Notes: generated by a model from the sequence alone, not told the origin. Numbered from the stretch's first letter, positions 10,668 through 24,670 are shown. The stretch: DNA of 27,374 nucleotides from Octopus sinensis (GCF_006345805.1 NW_021833320.1:1-27374); one strand, 5' to 3'. Numbers and translations are program-made.

Positions 10668-11261
10668 GAAGCAGGTTCTGAGCGGTTTTCATGTGGTGTA
10701 GCTTCTGCTGCTCTGTCAGCACCCAGGGGAAGAATTTTGCAGACTCTCTTCACAAGCACAAATCTTCCGTTAAAATGGAATACAGTGATCCTGTGCTTAT
10801 TCTCACTTTGTCAACAATTTCCTGGATTGTTACACGACGGTCTTCCGTAACTATTTGCCGTCCTTTCACAATCGTCTCCTCGTTTCGATTTGTGAATGGC
10901 CTGCTTGAGCGTGCTTCGCTCTCCACTGGGATGTAATAATATTTGAAGCAGTTGTACCACACCTTGATCTGGGTTCTTCCCATGGTATCATTGCTAAAGG
11001 CCATCTGATTGTTCTAGATGGTATAAGTATTAATATTACCCCAGCTTTTGGCAAAATTTGAAGCAATATCTCTAAACGATGCGTTCTGCGAAGACGAAAA
11101 TTCGACGGCTGCGTCTCTATTCATGAGCGCAACCGCCGAAAACTGACTCGGCCAACCGGTGCGAAAATTTTCACGCATGCTCAGGAAGGGTGGGGTCACC
11201 TCCCGCCGAAAAGATTTTTAATGGGAGAACATAAAGTCGGACACTTTTCGAACGTACCTTG
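10668..11261 (-). mobile_element. Mariner transposon relic: left TIR plus disrupted N-terminal transposase
   Basis: Minus strand: TA|CAAGGTACGTTCGAAAAGTGTCCGACTTT (TA at 11262-11263). Peptide RYCFKFCQKLG...AFSNDTMGRTQIKVWYNCFK...ESEARSSRP...EDRRVTIQEIV...RVSAKFFP is a typical mariner paired-HTH region. Contains stops; truncated before the DDD domain. Confidence 0.9.
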
Positions 11262-11499
11262 TACACGTAAAAAATGTTTGAAATGCTGAATACGTTTGCG
11301 CAACGAACAAGGAGATCTAGAGCAGCCTCACAAGCAATAACACGTTAAAAGAAAATGTTATGAATTAAAAAAATATTACAAACTTCATATAATATTGAAA
11401 TCGATCTATGAAAAATTTAAAAACTAGCAAACTGGCAAATGGAAATGGCAAATATAGATAATGTGTCGATAAAACATTTAGAAACAGGCCACTTAAAAT

Positions 11500-11828
11500 A
11501 AATATACGCATACATATACATACACACATTCATATATATAAATGAATATAAATATATATATAAATGCATACGCATACATATGTAAATATATACAAATATA
11601 CACATATACATATATATATACGCATACATATATATGTATAGCTACGTATAGATATATGCACATATATATATATGGATATGTTTATGTGCATATATGTATG
11701 TATATATATTCCTTGCAAAATTTAATAAAGATGAACTCTCTTAAATAGGTGTGAGTAATCTCTCAGTTTATGTTAAGTTGCGTTTATATATAACTGACAA
11801 ATATTAATGTATATATATATATATATAT

Positions 11829-11865
<37 letters not shown>

Positions 11866-11889
11866 TATATATACATATATATATATGGA

Positions 11890-11932
<43 letters not shown>

Positions 11933-11933
11933 T

Positions 11934-11975
<42 letters not shown>
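11500..11975. repeat. (TA)n/(TACA)n microsatellite field
   Basis: Seen directly. Confidence 0.9.
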
Positions 11976-11978
<3 letters not shown>

Positions 11979-12000
11979 CACTATATGACTTATAAATATG

Positions 12001-12127
12001 ATCTCTTCTACTCTAGGCACAAGGCCCGAAATTTTGGAGGAGGGGGCCAAGCCGATTATATCGACCCCAGTATGCAACTGGTACTTAATTTATCGACCCC
12101 GAAAGGATAAAAGGCATAGTCTACCTC
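12001..12127 (-). mobile_element. SINE family B, 5'-truncated
   Basis: The minus strand reads CCTTTCGGGGTCGATAAATTAAGTACCAGTTGCATACTGGGGTCGATATAATCG, matching the other B copies. Confidence 0.8.
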
Positions 12128-12379
12128 TACTTATAAAATATAATAAAATAATTTTGTTGTGTCTGCGGAGAGTCTTTTTGTCTTTACGCCTTATTAACTA
12201 ACACACTCACCGGTTCGATTTCCACTCAATTTATTTATATATTTACTTATTTATCTTTCCTTCCAGAATTTCGTTGCTTCTCGCAAACTTCTCAATTGTT
12301 GTTGACTTTGTCTGTTATCGGATCTGTGTTCCTTTTGTTTATTTGTTCCCATGTGTGTCCGACAGCGTGCATGTGTATA

Positions 12380-12430
12380 CACCTATGTATGTATGTATGC
12401 ATGTATGTATGTAGTATGTATGTATGTATG

Positions 12431-12479
<49 letters not shown>

Positions 12480-12860
12480 GTATGTATGTATGTATGTATG
12501 TATGTATGTATGTATGTATGTATGTATATATATGTATGTGTGTGTTGTGTGGGTGTGTACCTCTGTCTCCTTGTGTGCGCGTGTTTGAATGTGTCTATGT
12601 GTATGTGTTTGTGTGACTATGTACATGCGTCTGTTATGTATGGATGTATCTCTATATGTGTCTTTGTGTGTATGCGTGTATGTGTATGTGCAGTGTGTGT
12701 CTATAAGGTCATGTGTTTCCGTCTTCTTTTGTCTATGTATGTATGTATGTAGGTGCTTGTCTGTCCGTATTACCTATGTACCTGTCTATCTACTTACCTA
12801 TGTATCTATCTGTTTATCTATATATCCATTTACCTACCTATATGCATATATATATTTGGC
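12380..12860. repeat. (TATG)n and degenerate (TG)n/(TATC)n microsatellites
   Basis: Seen directly. Confidence 0.9.
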
Positions 12861-13929
12861 TACATGACAGCCTACTAACAAACGTACCTATGTAGATATA
12901 TTCTGTGGGTATTGGGGTATAACTACCTTCTATGTGTATTTCCGGATAGAAAAACGAAGTATTATAAAATAAATTATCTCTATATGTTTTATTAAGTTGT
13001 GAAACAATTGCCGTTAAATTAAAATTTCCAATGGTTAAATAAATTTTATCGTACTATATTTCTCTCATTATATATATATATATTCAACATGAGAGACAAA
13101 CTCAGGCAGAAACAAGGGAAATGCCATTTGTATTTGAACACTATGTAAATATTCTCTTAAAAAAACTTTTCTGTTAATTTTTCCAAAATTTAATTGTTTT
13201 CCATACTTACAGTTGAAACAGTCTCAATGGCTGAAACCGGTACCGAAATGATTTTTATAAAATTATTTTAGCATTTTCTATCTTGACTTTTTTTTCCATA
13301 TATTTATATAAACAAGCATTACATAAGCACACACACACACACACACAACAATCTCCTTTATTGTTTTGTATCTGTAACAAGACGAATTTACATTTTTAAA
13401 AAAAATTCCGTAGCAAAAGCCTTTAAAAGCAATAGTTTAACTGCACGAAAAAATATGCTATCTTAGATTTTCTAATAAATCGCTGTCATACATATTGTAC
13501 ATTAATATTTATTATTTAATCATGCCACCGTTAAATGCATGACATGCATAATATTTTAGCCGTTACAGTCATGTTTTAATTTGTTTCATATAAAGTGGTA
13601 CTTCCTATATGCTTCCGTCATAAGTAGAGTTGCGCAGAATAAAGGACTCATCTTATGATAAGTGATGGACAAAATATGAAAAGCATCAGAGCATTTTCGT
13701 CGTTTGTTTGTGTATGACATCATGTATTTATATCTGTTTAAAATTTCACAGCGAGAGGGCTTAAAAAATGCAAACTGTTATTTCCTTAAATGTTATCTTA
13801 GGGTTTCTAGTACGCAATGGGTATATATAAACAAACACACACGCGCGTGCTCACACGTACATACACATATACACAAACATATATAAATATACATATATAT
13901 ATATGTGGGTTTTCATGTGTGTGTGTGTG

Positions 13930-13965
<36 letters not shown>

Positions 13966-14249
13966 ATCCACGTTTTATATATGCAAGCACATATGCAGTC
14001 CATCGGAGCACAAAATTTAAAGAATTTAAATATAAACATACGCGCATACACGCACTTATATAAACACATACATATTCACAAGCACATACGCACACACATA
14101 CACAGACACACACACATATATATATATACACACACACACACGCACACATGTCTCTATGTATCCACATTTGATATATGCTTGCACATAGAAGTCATCGGAG
14201 CACAAAAGATCTATAAAAATTGAAATATAAATATATAGAAATTCATCTC

Positions 14250-14388
<139 letters not shown>

Positions 14389-14541
14389 CATGTATTTGGA
14401 TGTAGATATTGAAATAGAAACAGAGATATACTCACAAACATTCAAACACTCATATTGATAGATAAATTGATGCATGCAGGCATACATTACACACACACAC
14501 ACACACACACACCACACACACACACACATACACGCACTCAC

Positions 14542-14579
<38 letters not shown>

Positions 14580-14741
14580 ATACACAGACACACACACCCA
14601 TATACACGCACACACATAAGTATATACCTACAGCCATCATACACAAATATAGAACTTCTTTCTAAGCCGCGAGGAACAAAATATTTCCGAAACATCTCGA
14701 CGGAGAAACTTCAATCATTCCTCCATCTTTATCTATTGTCT

Positions 14742-14793
14742 TTATTATTGTTGTTGTTGTTGTTGTTACTATTATTATTGTTATTGTTTATTA

Positions 14794-14842
<49 letters not shown>

Positions 14843-14958
14843 TTATATATTATTATTATTATCATCATCATCATCATCATCATCACATTATTATTATTAT
14901 TATATTTTATTTTATTATTATTATTATTATTTTATATTATTATTATTATTATTATTAT
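14742..14958. repeat. (TTG)n/(TTA)n/(TCA)n compound microsatellite
   Basis: Seen directly. Confidence 0.95.
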
Positions 14959-15263
14959 CAAAGTGTCATCAGTATATTATTTTTGTTGTAGCTGTTGTTG
15001 CAGCATATTTTCTGGGTTCTGAATTGGGAACCTTTCGATAGGATTATAAAGTCAGCCTTGAAAGTGAAATTTCTCTAATAAGATTACAGAACCTATACCG
15101 GAAAATAAACAAGATTTCTCGGCTTTCTTTCGCTTTCCCCTTCTGTTTATACTTCGCTATGTTTATAAACGTAGATACATGAATACATGCGTACATATGT
15201 ATATATATCTGTGTATATATGCGTGTGCATTTGTGTGTGTCTGCATGTGTGTGTATGTATATG

Positions 15264-15300
<37 letters not shown>

Positions 15301-15330
15301 ACGAAATATTCATACGAATTTCTCCAAGTA

Positions 15331-15522
<192 letters not shown>

Positions 15523-15764
15523 TTGTCTATCTTTTCGCTTGTCTGTTTGTCTGCCTGCCTGTCCACCTAAATACCTTCGAGTTCATTCATATTTTTATTT
15601 GATTGTTTCACCATAAAAAATGCAGAGTCGCTATGAAGCCATTTCTATATATCTGTAGGTAACAGCAGCCAAATCTTTCTTTCTCCTTTCCCTCTCTATT
15701 TGTCTGTCTGTCTGTCTGACTGTTTCTCTTTTTCTCTCTCTCTACACACACACAGATATAAGTA

Positions 15765-15819
<55 letters not shown>

Positions 15820-16000
15820 TTCTTTTGGTCTCGCGAGAATATATATATATATATACACACGCACGCGCACACGCATACTTACATGTCCATATATTTGCAA
15901 GTATATGTGTATGTATATATATATTATACATACACATTTACATTTACCTGCACAAACATATATATGTATATATGTGCATAGATACGTGTATTTATGCATA

Positions 16001-16052
<52 letters not shown>

Positions 16053-16084
16053 GTTTGTGGTCCTGCATGTTGCCCTTTTTTTAA

Positions 16085-16420
16085 ATCCTAGATTTTTGGT
16101 TATGTTTTTCCAAAAATTCTTTTTCAATCATTCTAAAAGTATATATTATAGGATTGCTTCTGTTCCCAGCCCACACATTCTGGTTGTCTCTAATTCCATA
16201 TCTTTATATCAGAATAATTCATCTTTTTCTTCGAGACACACATTATCATCTGCAGAGACTGATTCTTCATTTAAAAGGCATAAATTTTCTGGCGGTCTTT
16301 GACACCATCATATTATCTATTGACATCTGCCTCCCTGTTGCTGTGTATTTGGCATACACCAATATGGTATCTGTGTTATTCTCGAAAACCTTTTTACTGA
16401 TGTATACCTTCGACATTGTG
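16085..16420 (-). mobile_element. Degenerate R4/Dong-clade non-LTR retrotransposon fragment (restriction-like endonuclease region)
   Basis: Minus-strand translation across frameshifts gives VFENNTDTIL...CLLNEESVSADDNVCLEEKDELF*YKDMELETTRMCGLGTEAI...KNITK. This matches the R4/Dong RLE pattern V.EN...TILWD...C.LIDVSIP.D.N...KE.EKL.KY.DL..E..RMW.L.T..IP. Confidence 0.65.
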
Positions 16421-16422
16421 TA

Positions 16423-16560
16423 AGGGTGCGTGACCTAGCAGTTAGGTGTCGCATTCAGGATCGCGAGATCGTAGGCTCGCTTCCTAGACTGGACAGGTTG
16501 TTGTGTTCTTAAATAATCCACTTCATCTCACGTTGCACTATCACTTTGACATCTGACGAA
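16423..16560 (+). mobile_element. Old, diverged tRNA-SINE (C/D-like head)
   Basis: AAGGGTGCGTGACCTAGCAGTTAGG...GATCGCGAGATCGTAGGCTCG...TTGTGTTCTTAAATAA...TTCATCTCACGTTGC aligns loosely with 5121-5240. Confidence 0.55.
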
Positions 16561-16607
16561 TGGTACACAGTGCATCAGTATAAGTAATATATTTAATGTA
16601 AGGAGTA

Positions 16608-17397
16608 GGATCTTTACCTTTTGACCAACAGATTTTAAAAATATTTTTTTTTGTAACTAAATACTTTCAAACTTCGTATACTTGTAGAATGTGTCGCATA
16701 AAACATATTTTACTCTTGGCGTTGTTGAGAAAATTCTGTATTTTGGAAGTTATCTTTTGTTAAAGTTGTCGTGTTTCGGTAATTCCAACCAATCAATGAT
16801 GTGTATTCAGCTGAATAAAATTACTGCTGTTGTTTGTCAACAACAACTATCGGTGGCGTATATTTCGTTTGTCACTGTTATTTATGACATCATTCGTGCG
16901 TTTGTACTGGTTTTAGCTTTAAGGTTTTAGGGTTATGGCTAGGGTTTTAGGGTTAGGGTTAGGTTTAATGCTTTAGGGTTAGGGCTAGGGTTGGGATTTT
17001 AGGGTTAGAGTTACGGAAAAAATGAAAAATGAAGCACGAACGATTATGGTGGTGCCATGAAGTAAACATACTTCAAATACACTCGTTTATTCATACAAAC
17101 GTAACTGAGATAAAATATTTCATAAATAACAGTGACAAACGAAATATACACCGCCGGAAGTTGTTGTCGACAAACAACGGCAGTAATTTTATTCAGCTGA
17201 ATAGACGTCATTGATTAGTTGAAATTACCGAAATACGACAACTTTGACAAAAAATAACTTCCAAAATACAAAATTTTCTCAACAACGCCAAGAGTAAAAT
17301 ATGTTTTATGTGACACATTCTATCAGTATACGAAGTTTGAAAGTATTTAGTTACAAAAAATTATTTTTTAAATCTGTCGGTCAAAAGGTAAAGATCC
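16608..17397. mobile_element. Foldback MITE, 790 bp, with TIRs of about 280 bp and an 8-bp TSD (Merlin-like termini)
   Basis: Starts GGATCTTTACCTTTTGACC, ends GGTCAAAAGGTAAAGATCC. Arms 16608-16887 and 17120-17397 are reverse complements. TSD AAGGAGTA at 16600-16607 and 17398-17405. Confidence 0.92.
16915..17013 (+). repeat. Degenerate interstitial (TTAGGG)n array inside the MITE
   Basis: Units TTAGGG, CTAGGG, TTTAGGG and TTGGGA seen directly. Confidence 0.85.
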
Positions 17398-18719
17398 AAG
17401 GAGTATGCTAATGAGCATTACAAACATTTGAACACTAAAAAAATCCCAGCTGTGAAGGTTACTCAGCAAGAAATTGCAGAATCGTCTAGGACTACCAGAG
17501 ACAAACATGCTGATGACATTTGTTTTTTTGTCGCTATTTCAACGCTAGTATAATTCCAAAACATATGTATCCCATATGAGTCATACATATGGAGGTATTC
17601 TTTCTAGGCTAAGACATGGGAAACAAACCAGAGACAGCCTGATCAAGGGTTTCTTCCCCATCTCCACATATTCTGCATTAAAAGCATTCTTTTCTATTAT
17701 ATACTTTTGTGAGTTTCTGATGGGTAGGTTTTGATCTTGTACTACAGCCCAGAAAACATCAGTCTCAGCATTGGGTCTTGTGTTTCTTAGCCAGTAATAT
17801 GAATTTTCTTTGTTTTTTTTTTCTACCCTGTTAGGCTTCTTTTGATATTGACCATGAAGGAGTTTTCTTGCTATCGCTTTATCATGGCATTCTGTTCAAA
17901 TTTTAACATAAGTTTTAACCTTTCGTTTATTATTTTACTTTTTAAGAGCTGAAATAAATTTAATTATATAAAGTCTTACTGTAACTTAAATAAGATGAGC
18001 ACATTGTTTCTGTACAATTCATGTGCAGAAAAAATGGAAGGAAACTCACTTTCAAAGAAGACGCATACGGCTTTAATTCAAGACTGGTTTACAGGCAGCT
18101 GATCAGTGCTATTAACCCATTAAGTATCAATGTTCTATTTTTGAGACAGAGTTTCTAAATTTAATATAAATGATATTGTAAAGTAATTTGTGTTTCTTTT
18201 GTCATTTATTTAATATTTACAATATTTTTCCAAGAATAAATAAACATAAGCAATATAACCGGAGAAATATAATCAAAGAGTCTTTAGGAGCTAAGAAATT
18301 GTAAAAATTTGCAAATAATAAGAGTTAATTGAGGAAAGAAGACGGGTACTTCTTCCTCGAAGTGCTGTCAACAAACTGAGACGGTCCGTCAGGTGACTCT
18401 TTTTCTCCACATCAGTTATATAGTTACATAATTATTTAAGTCGAAGTGAGGCTTATAATATTTAAATTTATTTATTGATTTACGCAATTATTATTTATTA
18501 ATTCGATACAAATAGGCTGCATCCCATTATCTTAACATTTTGATTCATCCTTGTCTTTACCTATAATTTATGAGCATATGTTAGCATATGTATACCCATG
18601 GTTAAACATAGATAATATACCGGTAGTGTAATGGATACTGCTATCCCTTAGACGGTTATTTTAACCTCTAACTCAGCTAGCCTATATTATGTTTATATAT
18701 ATATATATACATGATAGAT

Positions 18720-18899
18720 CGGTGGGCACTACACACATTTTTTTCTCTCCTTGTTTCTTTCTGTGTTCCTTTCTGTGGAAGAGCGTAGGATCGAAACGTA
18801 AAATACTTTTTCAATTCCTGAGCGTTATACTAATACATCTGTTTGTTTTCTACACCACCTGTATTCGTCTTTTGTTTTTTTCGTGATTTCTCTCCCTAT
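18720..18899 (+). mobile_element. Penelope-like 3' tail with a minimal hammerhead-like motif, copy 1
   Basis: CTTT-CTGTGGA-A-GAGCGTAGGATC-GAAA-CGTA-AAAT at 18769-18804. Homologous to 22650-22830; ends at (TA)n. Confidence 0.6.
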
Positions 18900-19063
18900 A
18901 TATATACGACGGGCTTCTTTCAGTTTCCGTCTACCAAATCCACTCACAAGGCTTTGGTTGGTCCGAGGAAAAAGTAGAAGACATTTGCCTAAGGTGCCAC
19001 GCAGTGAAACTAAACTTGAGACCATGAGGCTGAGAAACAAATTTCTTGCCACACAACCACGGC
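18900..19063 (-). mobile_element. SINE family A, 5' half
   Basis: Reverse complement aligns with 24692-24850. Confidence 0.85.
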
Positions 19064-19888
19064 TGTGTATCTACACGAATCTCTCTATTCACATACACAC
19101 ACACACATACGTACATACACACACATACGTACACACACACATACACAAACACATATACACACGTATACACATATACACCGATCCGTACAACGAACGAACA
19201 TTAAAAACCCCAGTGGAGTCACAACTGTTTGACGATCTTATGTCTTTAATCTGACATATTTCCCGCTAAAACATAGTCCTGCAATTTATTACAGACATTC
19301 TACTTCCTATTTCGTCCTCCGCCATCATAGCCATGGTGTTCACGTATTCCTGAAAATGTCACTTTTAATTTAGTTGAGAAACTCTTTAAGACACCCCGCT
19401 TCGCTTTCGAACAACAGAAGGATTCAAATCAAGTGGGAAACAAGTATTATGTTTATAAAATGGCAGAGGTGAAGTTTACATCTTCAAATAAATAATTTTT
19501 GTTGTTGCTGTTGCTGTTGTATCTACTGCTACCGATGCTGCTGTTTAACCTCAGAAAATGAACCACAATACTGGATTAACTAATCGAAGAACGTATTTGG
19601 TCATCGGTGTTTCTAGTCAAGAACATAAGGCCTACGTTATGGCACATGTTCTTCGAATATTTACGACTGAAACCCGTAATCTCGATTTCAATAAAATGGC
19701 GGGGATTGTCTTGCTTGGAAACCAAGTTCTATCGATAAATCGGTTGAGTGACTACTTACAAGTACCGATGCTAACTCATATAGTCACAGGATTTATTGTT
19801 AGGACAGAATTTAAAATTAGTCGTAACATCATGCAGCATGATTGCTAATATAATTTCAGCATGTGCAAGCTTATTTAGTGCTTACACT

Positions 19889-19915
19889 TGATGATGATGA
19901 TGATGATGATGATGA

Positions 19916-19983
<68 letters not shown>

Positions 19984-20010
19984 ATAATAATAATAATAAT
20001 AATAATAATA
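19889..20010. repeat. (GAT)n-(CTA)n-(TAA)n compound microsatellite
   Basis: Seen directly. Confidence 0.97.
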
Positions 20011-20249
20011 TAAAAATCGTGTTAACTGAAACGACTCATGTACTGAGAAGAGCATTATTGCCGTGAAAGCAACATCCATTCATGTTGTGAAAACAACATC
20101 CGTTCAATATATTTATTTATCAATTTTTTAAATACATATTTTACCTGCGAATTTGCATATGTAATCTGGGAATGCATACAATGAGTTTCTCTGCCATAGG
20201 TGTACGGAAAACACTCGGCGAGAAACGGAAGAAAATTTGAAGAAGGAAA
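20011..20249 (+). mobile_element. 5'-truncated 3' end of an R4/Dong-clade LINE, flanked by (TAA)n on both sides
   Basis: Encodes KIVLTETTHVLRRALLP* (stop at 20066), resembling the R4/Dong terminal motif QK.ALLGTAHILR..L; then a 3' UTR of about 180 bp and (TAA)n. Confidence 0.6.
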
Positions 20250-20266
20250 ATAATAATAATAATAAT

Positions 20267-20471
20267 TTTTACTATAGGCTTGAATCTTTATGGGAAGGGC
20301 GACAATCCATCACATTGACCCCAGTACTTGACTGGTACTTAATCTGTCGAGCCTGAAAGGATGGAAAGCAAGTCGACCTCAACCGAATTTGAACTCAGAA
20401 ATTAGCGACAGACGAAATACCGCTAAGCATTTCGCCCTGCGTGCTAACGAGTCTGCCAGCACGGTTCACCT
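20267..20471 (-). mobile_element. SINE family B
   Basis: Reverse complement aligns with the other B copies (GAGTTCAAATT, AAGTACCAG...CTGGGGTC). Confidence 0.85.
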
Positions 20472-20489
20472 AATGAGGATGCTGACGGC

Positions 20490-21378
<889 letters not shown>

Positions 21379-21422
21379 AATAATAATAATAATAATAATA
21401 GACATGAAAACAAGAAAAATAA

Positions 21423-21868
21423 CACAACCATATGTGCGCGACATGGGGATCTCATATCAAGATAAACAGCACATGACCTTGCAGGTGGGGCCCAGTTAGA
21501 ATTTTCTTCAGGTTGAGTAGCCCATCCCGCTCAAACGGTCCCTGAATAAGGGTTGTTTAAGGATGTTGAAAAAACCACCCATGTCTCCAGAGGTGAATTA
21601 TTCAAACCCCAAAGAATCCCTCTCAACACATGGCTATGATGCTCCCCCACTACTTCTGCTCGTGATCAGAGATGCACATATCGTCAGCCACTAAGGGACA
21701 TGCTCAACTGGTTAAGGTCAAACAACTGACAAGCAAATCTGTGGTATTGAGCAGAATATTTGCTGTAGACCATCTTTTATACCAAGACAAAACAAATGAT
21801 CATGATAACGCTTCCAATCAGTTAAGATCAGAAGCCATGAGAGCCACTGCCTGGTACTGCATCAGGGC

Positions 21869-21870
<2 letters not shown>
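21423..21870 (-). mobile_element. Second, inverted copy of the 550-bp (TAA)n-flanked element, lacking about 110 bp of its 3' end
   Basis: Reverse complement aligns with 20827-21270 at roughly 90% identity by eye. Confidence 0.9.
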
Positions 21871-21929
<59 letters not shown>

Positions 21930-21996
21930 GTTGTTGTTATTATTATTATTATTGTTATTGTTGTTGCTGTTGCTGTTGTTGTTATCGTCGTCGTCG

Positions 21997-22033
<37 letters not shown>

Positions 22034-22080
22034 TATTATCATTATTATTATTATTATCCTTATTATTATCATTATTATTA

Positions 22081-22117
<37 letters not shown>

Positions 22118-22143
22118 GTTATTATTATTATTATTATTATCAT

Positions 22144-22188
<45 letters not shown>

Positions 22189-22240
22189 AACTACTACTAA
22201 TAATAATAATAATAATACTACCACTACTATTATTATTATC

Positions 22241-22270
<30 letters not shown>
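21871..22270. repeat. Compound (TTA)/(TTG)/(TCG)/(TCA)/(CTA)/(TAA) microsatellite
   Basis: Seen directly. Confidence 0.97.
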
Positions 22271-22272
<2 letters not shown>

Positions 22273-22452
22273 GGCGGCGCGTTGGAAGAATTGTTAGCAC
22301 TCCGGACAAAATACTTAGCGGCATTTCGTCCATTTATGTTTTGAGTTCAAGTTCCACTGAGGTCGATCTTGCCTTTCATCCTTTCAGGGTCGATGTAATC
22401 GACTTAGCCCCTCCCGAAAAATCGCCGGCCTTGTGCCAAAATTTGAAACCAT
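22271..22452 (+). mobile_element. SINE family B with an internal deletion
   Basis: AAGGCGGCGCGTTGGAAGAATTGTTAGCAC...GAGTTCAAGTTCC...CCTTGTGCCAAAATTTGAAACC; lacks the AAGTACCAG segment. Confidence 0.85.
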
Positions 22453-22573
22453 TACTATCAATGTCTATATATTTGCTTACAGTTCTCAATGCACCACTTA
22501 TTACAAGCACAATTTATTACAGTTTATTTTAATTGACTATACATATATACACGGACACGCACACACACACGCA

Positions 22574-22608
<35 letters not shown>

Positions 22609-22649
22609 GTATATATATTTATATATATATATTGGTCATCTCGTTATGT

Positions 22650-22830
22650 TGGACAGTTGAACTCTGCACATTTTTTCTCTCTCTGTTTTTTTTTTCATTC
22701 TCTCTCCGTTTTTCTCTCATCTTAATCCTTCCTGTCGAAGAGCCTAGACTCGAAACGTAAAAGACTTTCTCACTTTCCTGAGTGTCAAACTAAAGCACCT
22801 GCTTGTTGTTCATACACCTGTCTTCGTCTA
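22650..22830 (+). mobile_element. Penelope-like 3' tail with a minimal hammerhead-like motif, copy 2
   Basis: CCTTC-CTGTCGA-A-GAGCCTAGACTC-GAAA-CGTA-AAAGA at 22727-22764. Homologous to 18720-18899; ends at (TA)n. Confidence 0.6.
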
Positions 22831-23105
22831 TTATATATATATATATATATATTGAAAAAGTAAGTTGAAAATGCTTATGCTGTGGGACCTCTATTGTGGA
22901 AAATAGAAAGAAAATATGTACCGGTTTCAGGTGTTTAAGGAGACCTCTTCACGATGGATAAAACGGAAAGTAAAATTGGAACAAATATAGTTAAACTTTC
23001 GTAATATCACTTCTGGAAGCTCATATTTTTTATATAAAAATCACAATGATGCTGTATTTCGCATCCTTCTATTAGTCATTGGTTGGTAGTAATGGTCACT
23101 TAATA

Positions 23106-23454
<349 letters not shown>

Positions 23455-23629
23455 TTATCTATCTATCTAATGTATATACATTTCATTCACAATGGATTGG
23501 TTGGTTCGTGGCTATATTAGAGGATACTTACCCAACGTGACTAATATATATCTTTTGGACACATTTAGTTATAAAACTTAAATATGCTTCCAATGATTGG
23601 ACTAAGGAAGGGTTTGGAGAAAAATAGAT

Positions 23630-24200
<571 letters not shown>

Positions 24201-24464
24201 AGAAATGGCTGATAATTTGCTTGATCATATCTCAGCCATTATGGACACCCACTTTCTGAAACACTTGCTGTAGGCAACTCCATTGATTTAAATGCTGCCA
24301 TATGGACAGGATAAAGGAAATAATTTTCTGCTCTTATAATGTTTGCATATTTTCGATGGTATTAAAAAAAAAAAGAAAATAGAGAGATTAATGACTTCAT
24401 AATATTTTAAGAATATAAAAAAAAAAAAATTTGTTACAATTTTAATAATCTTTTCTTTCATGAT

Positions 24465-24670
24465 TTCCTTTTATTTTATTTCGGTTTTGGGACACTGCCT
24501 CGAAGAGTTTAGTGGAACGAATCGAACCAAGTTCTTATGTCTTACTTTTTTTAAATGTGGTTCTTGTTTTATCATTCGCTTTTACTGAACTGCTAAGCTG
24601 CACGTTTGTAAGCAAAGCAGGTCGTTATCAAGCGGTTGTGGAGACAAATATAACACAGACAAAAAGACAC
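24465..24670 (-). mobile_element. Old SINE family A, 3' half
   Basis: Aligns loosely with 26170-26340. Confidence 0.6.

Noticed and set aside
13205-13250. Hammerhead-like ...CTGAAACCGGTAC (ACCGGT palindrome), also on the minus strand at 22915-22955
   Set aside because: The GAAA-palindrome-GUA half is present, but the CUGANGA box and stem I cannot be formed in either copy. Possibly decayed Penelope-like tails, but not supportable as ribozymes.
16915-17013. Chromosome-end telomere or fusion scar
   Set aside because: Short, degenerate and enclosed by TIRs with a TSD; it is part of a transposon.
19560-19800. Minus-strand QDNPRH, resembling the Tc1/mariner QDNAxxH motif
   Set aside because: The downstream SPDLNP motif is not recoverable; too degenerate to call.
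21672-22532. 286-aa ORF with long poly-Ile/Leu runs that look like a membrane protein
   Set aside because: It spans an antisense repeat copy, a (TTA)n tract and a SINE; it is open only because the trinucleotide frame lacks stops.
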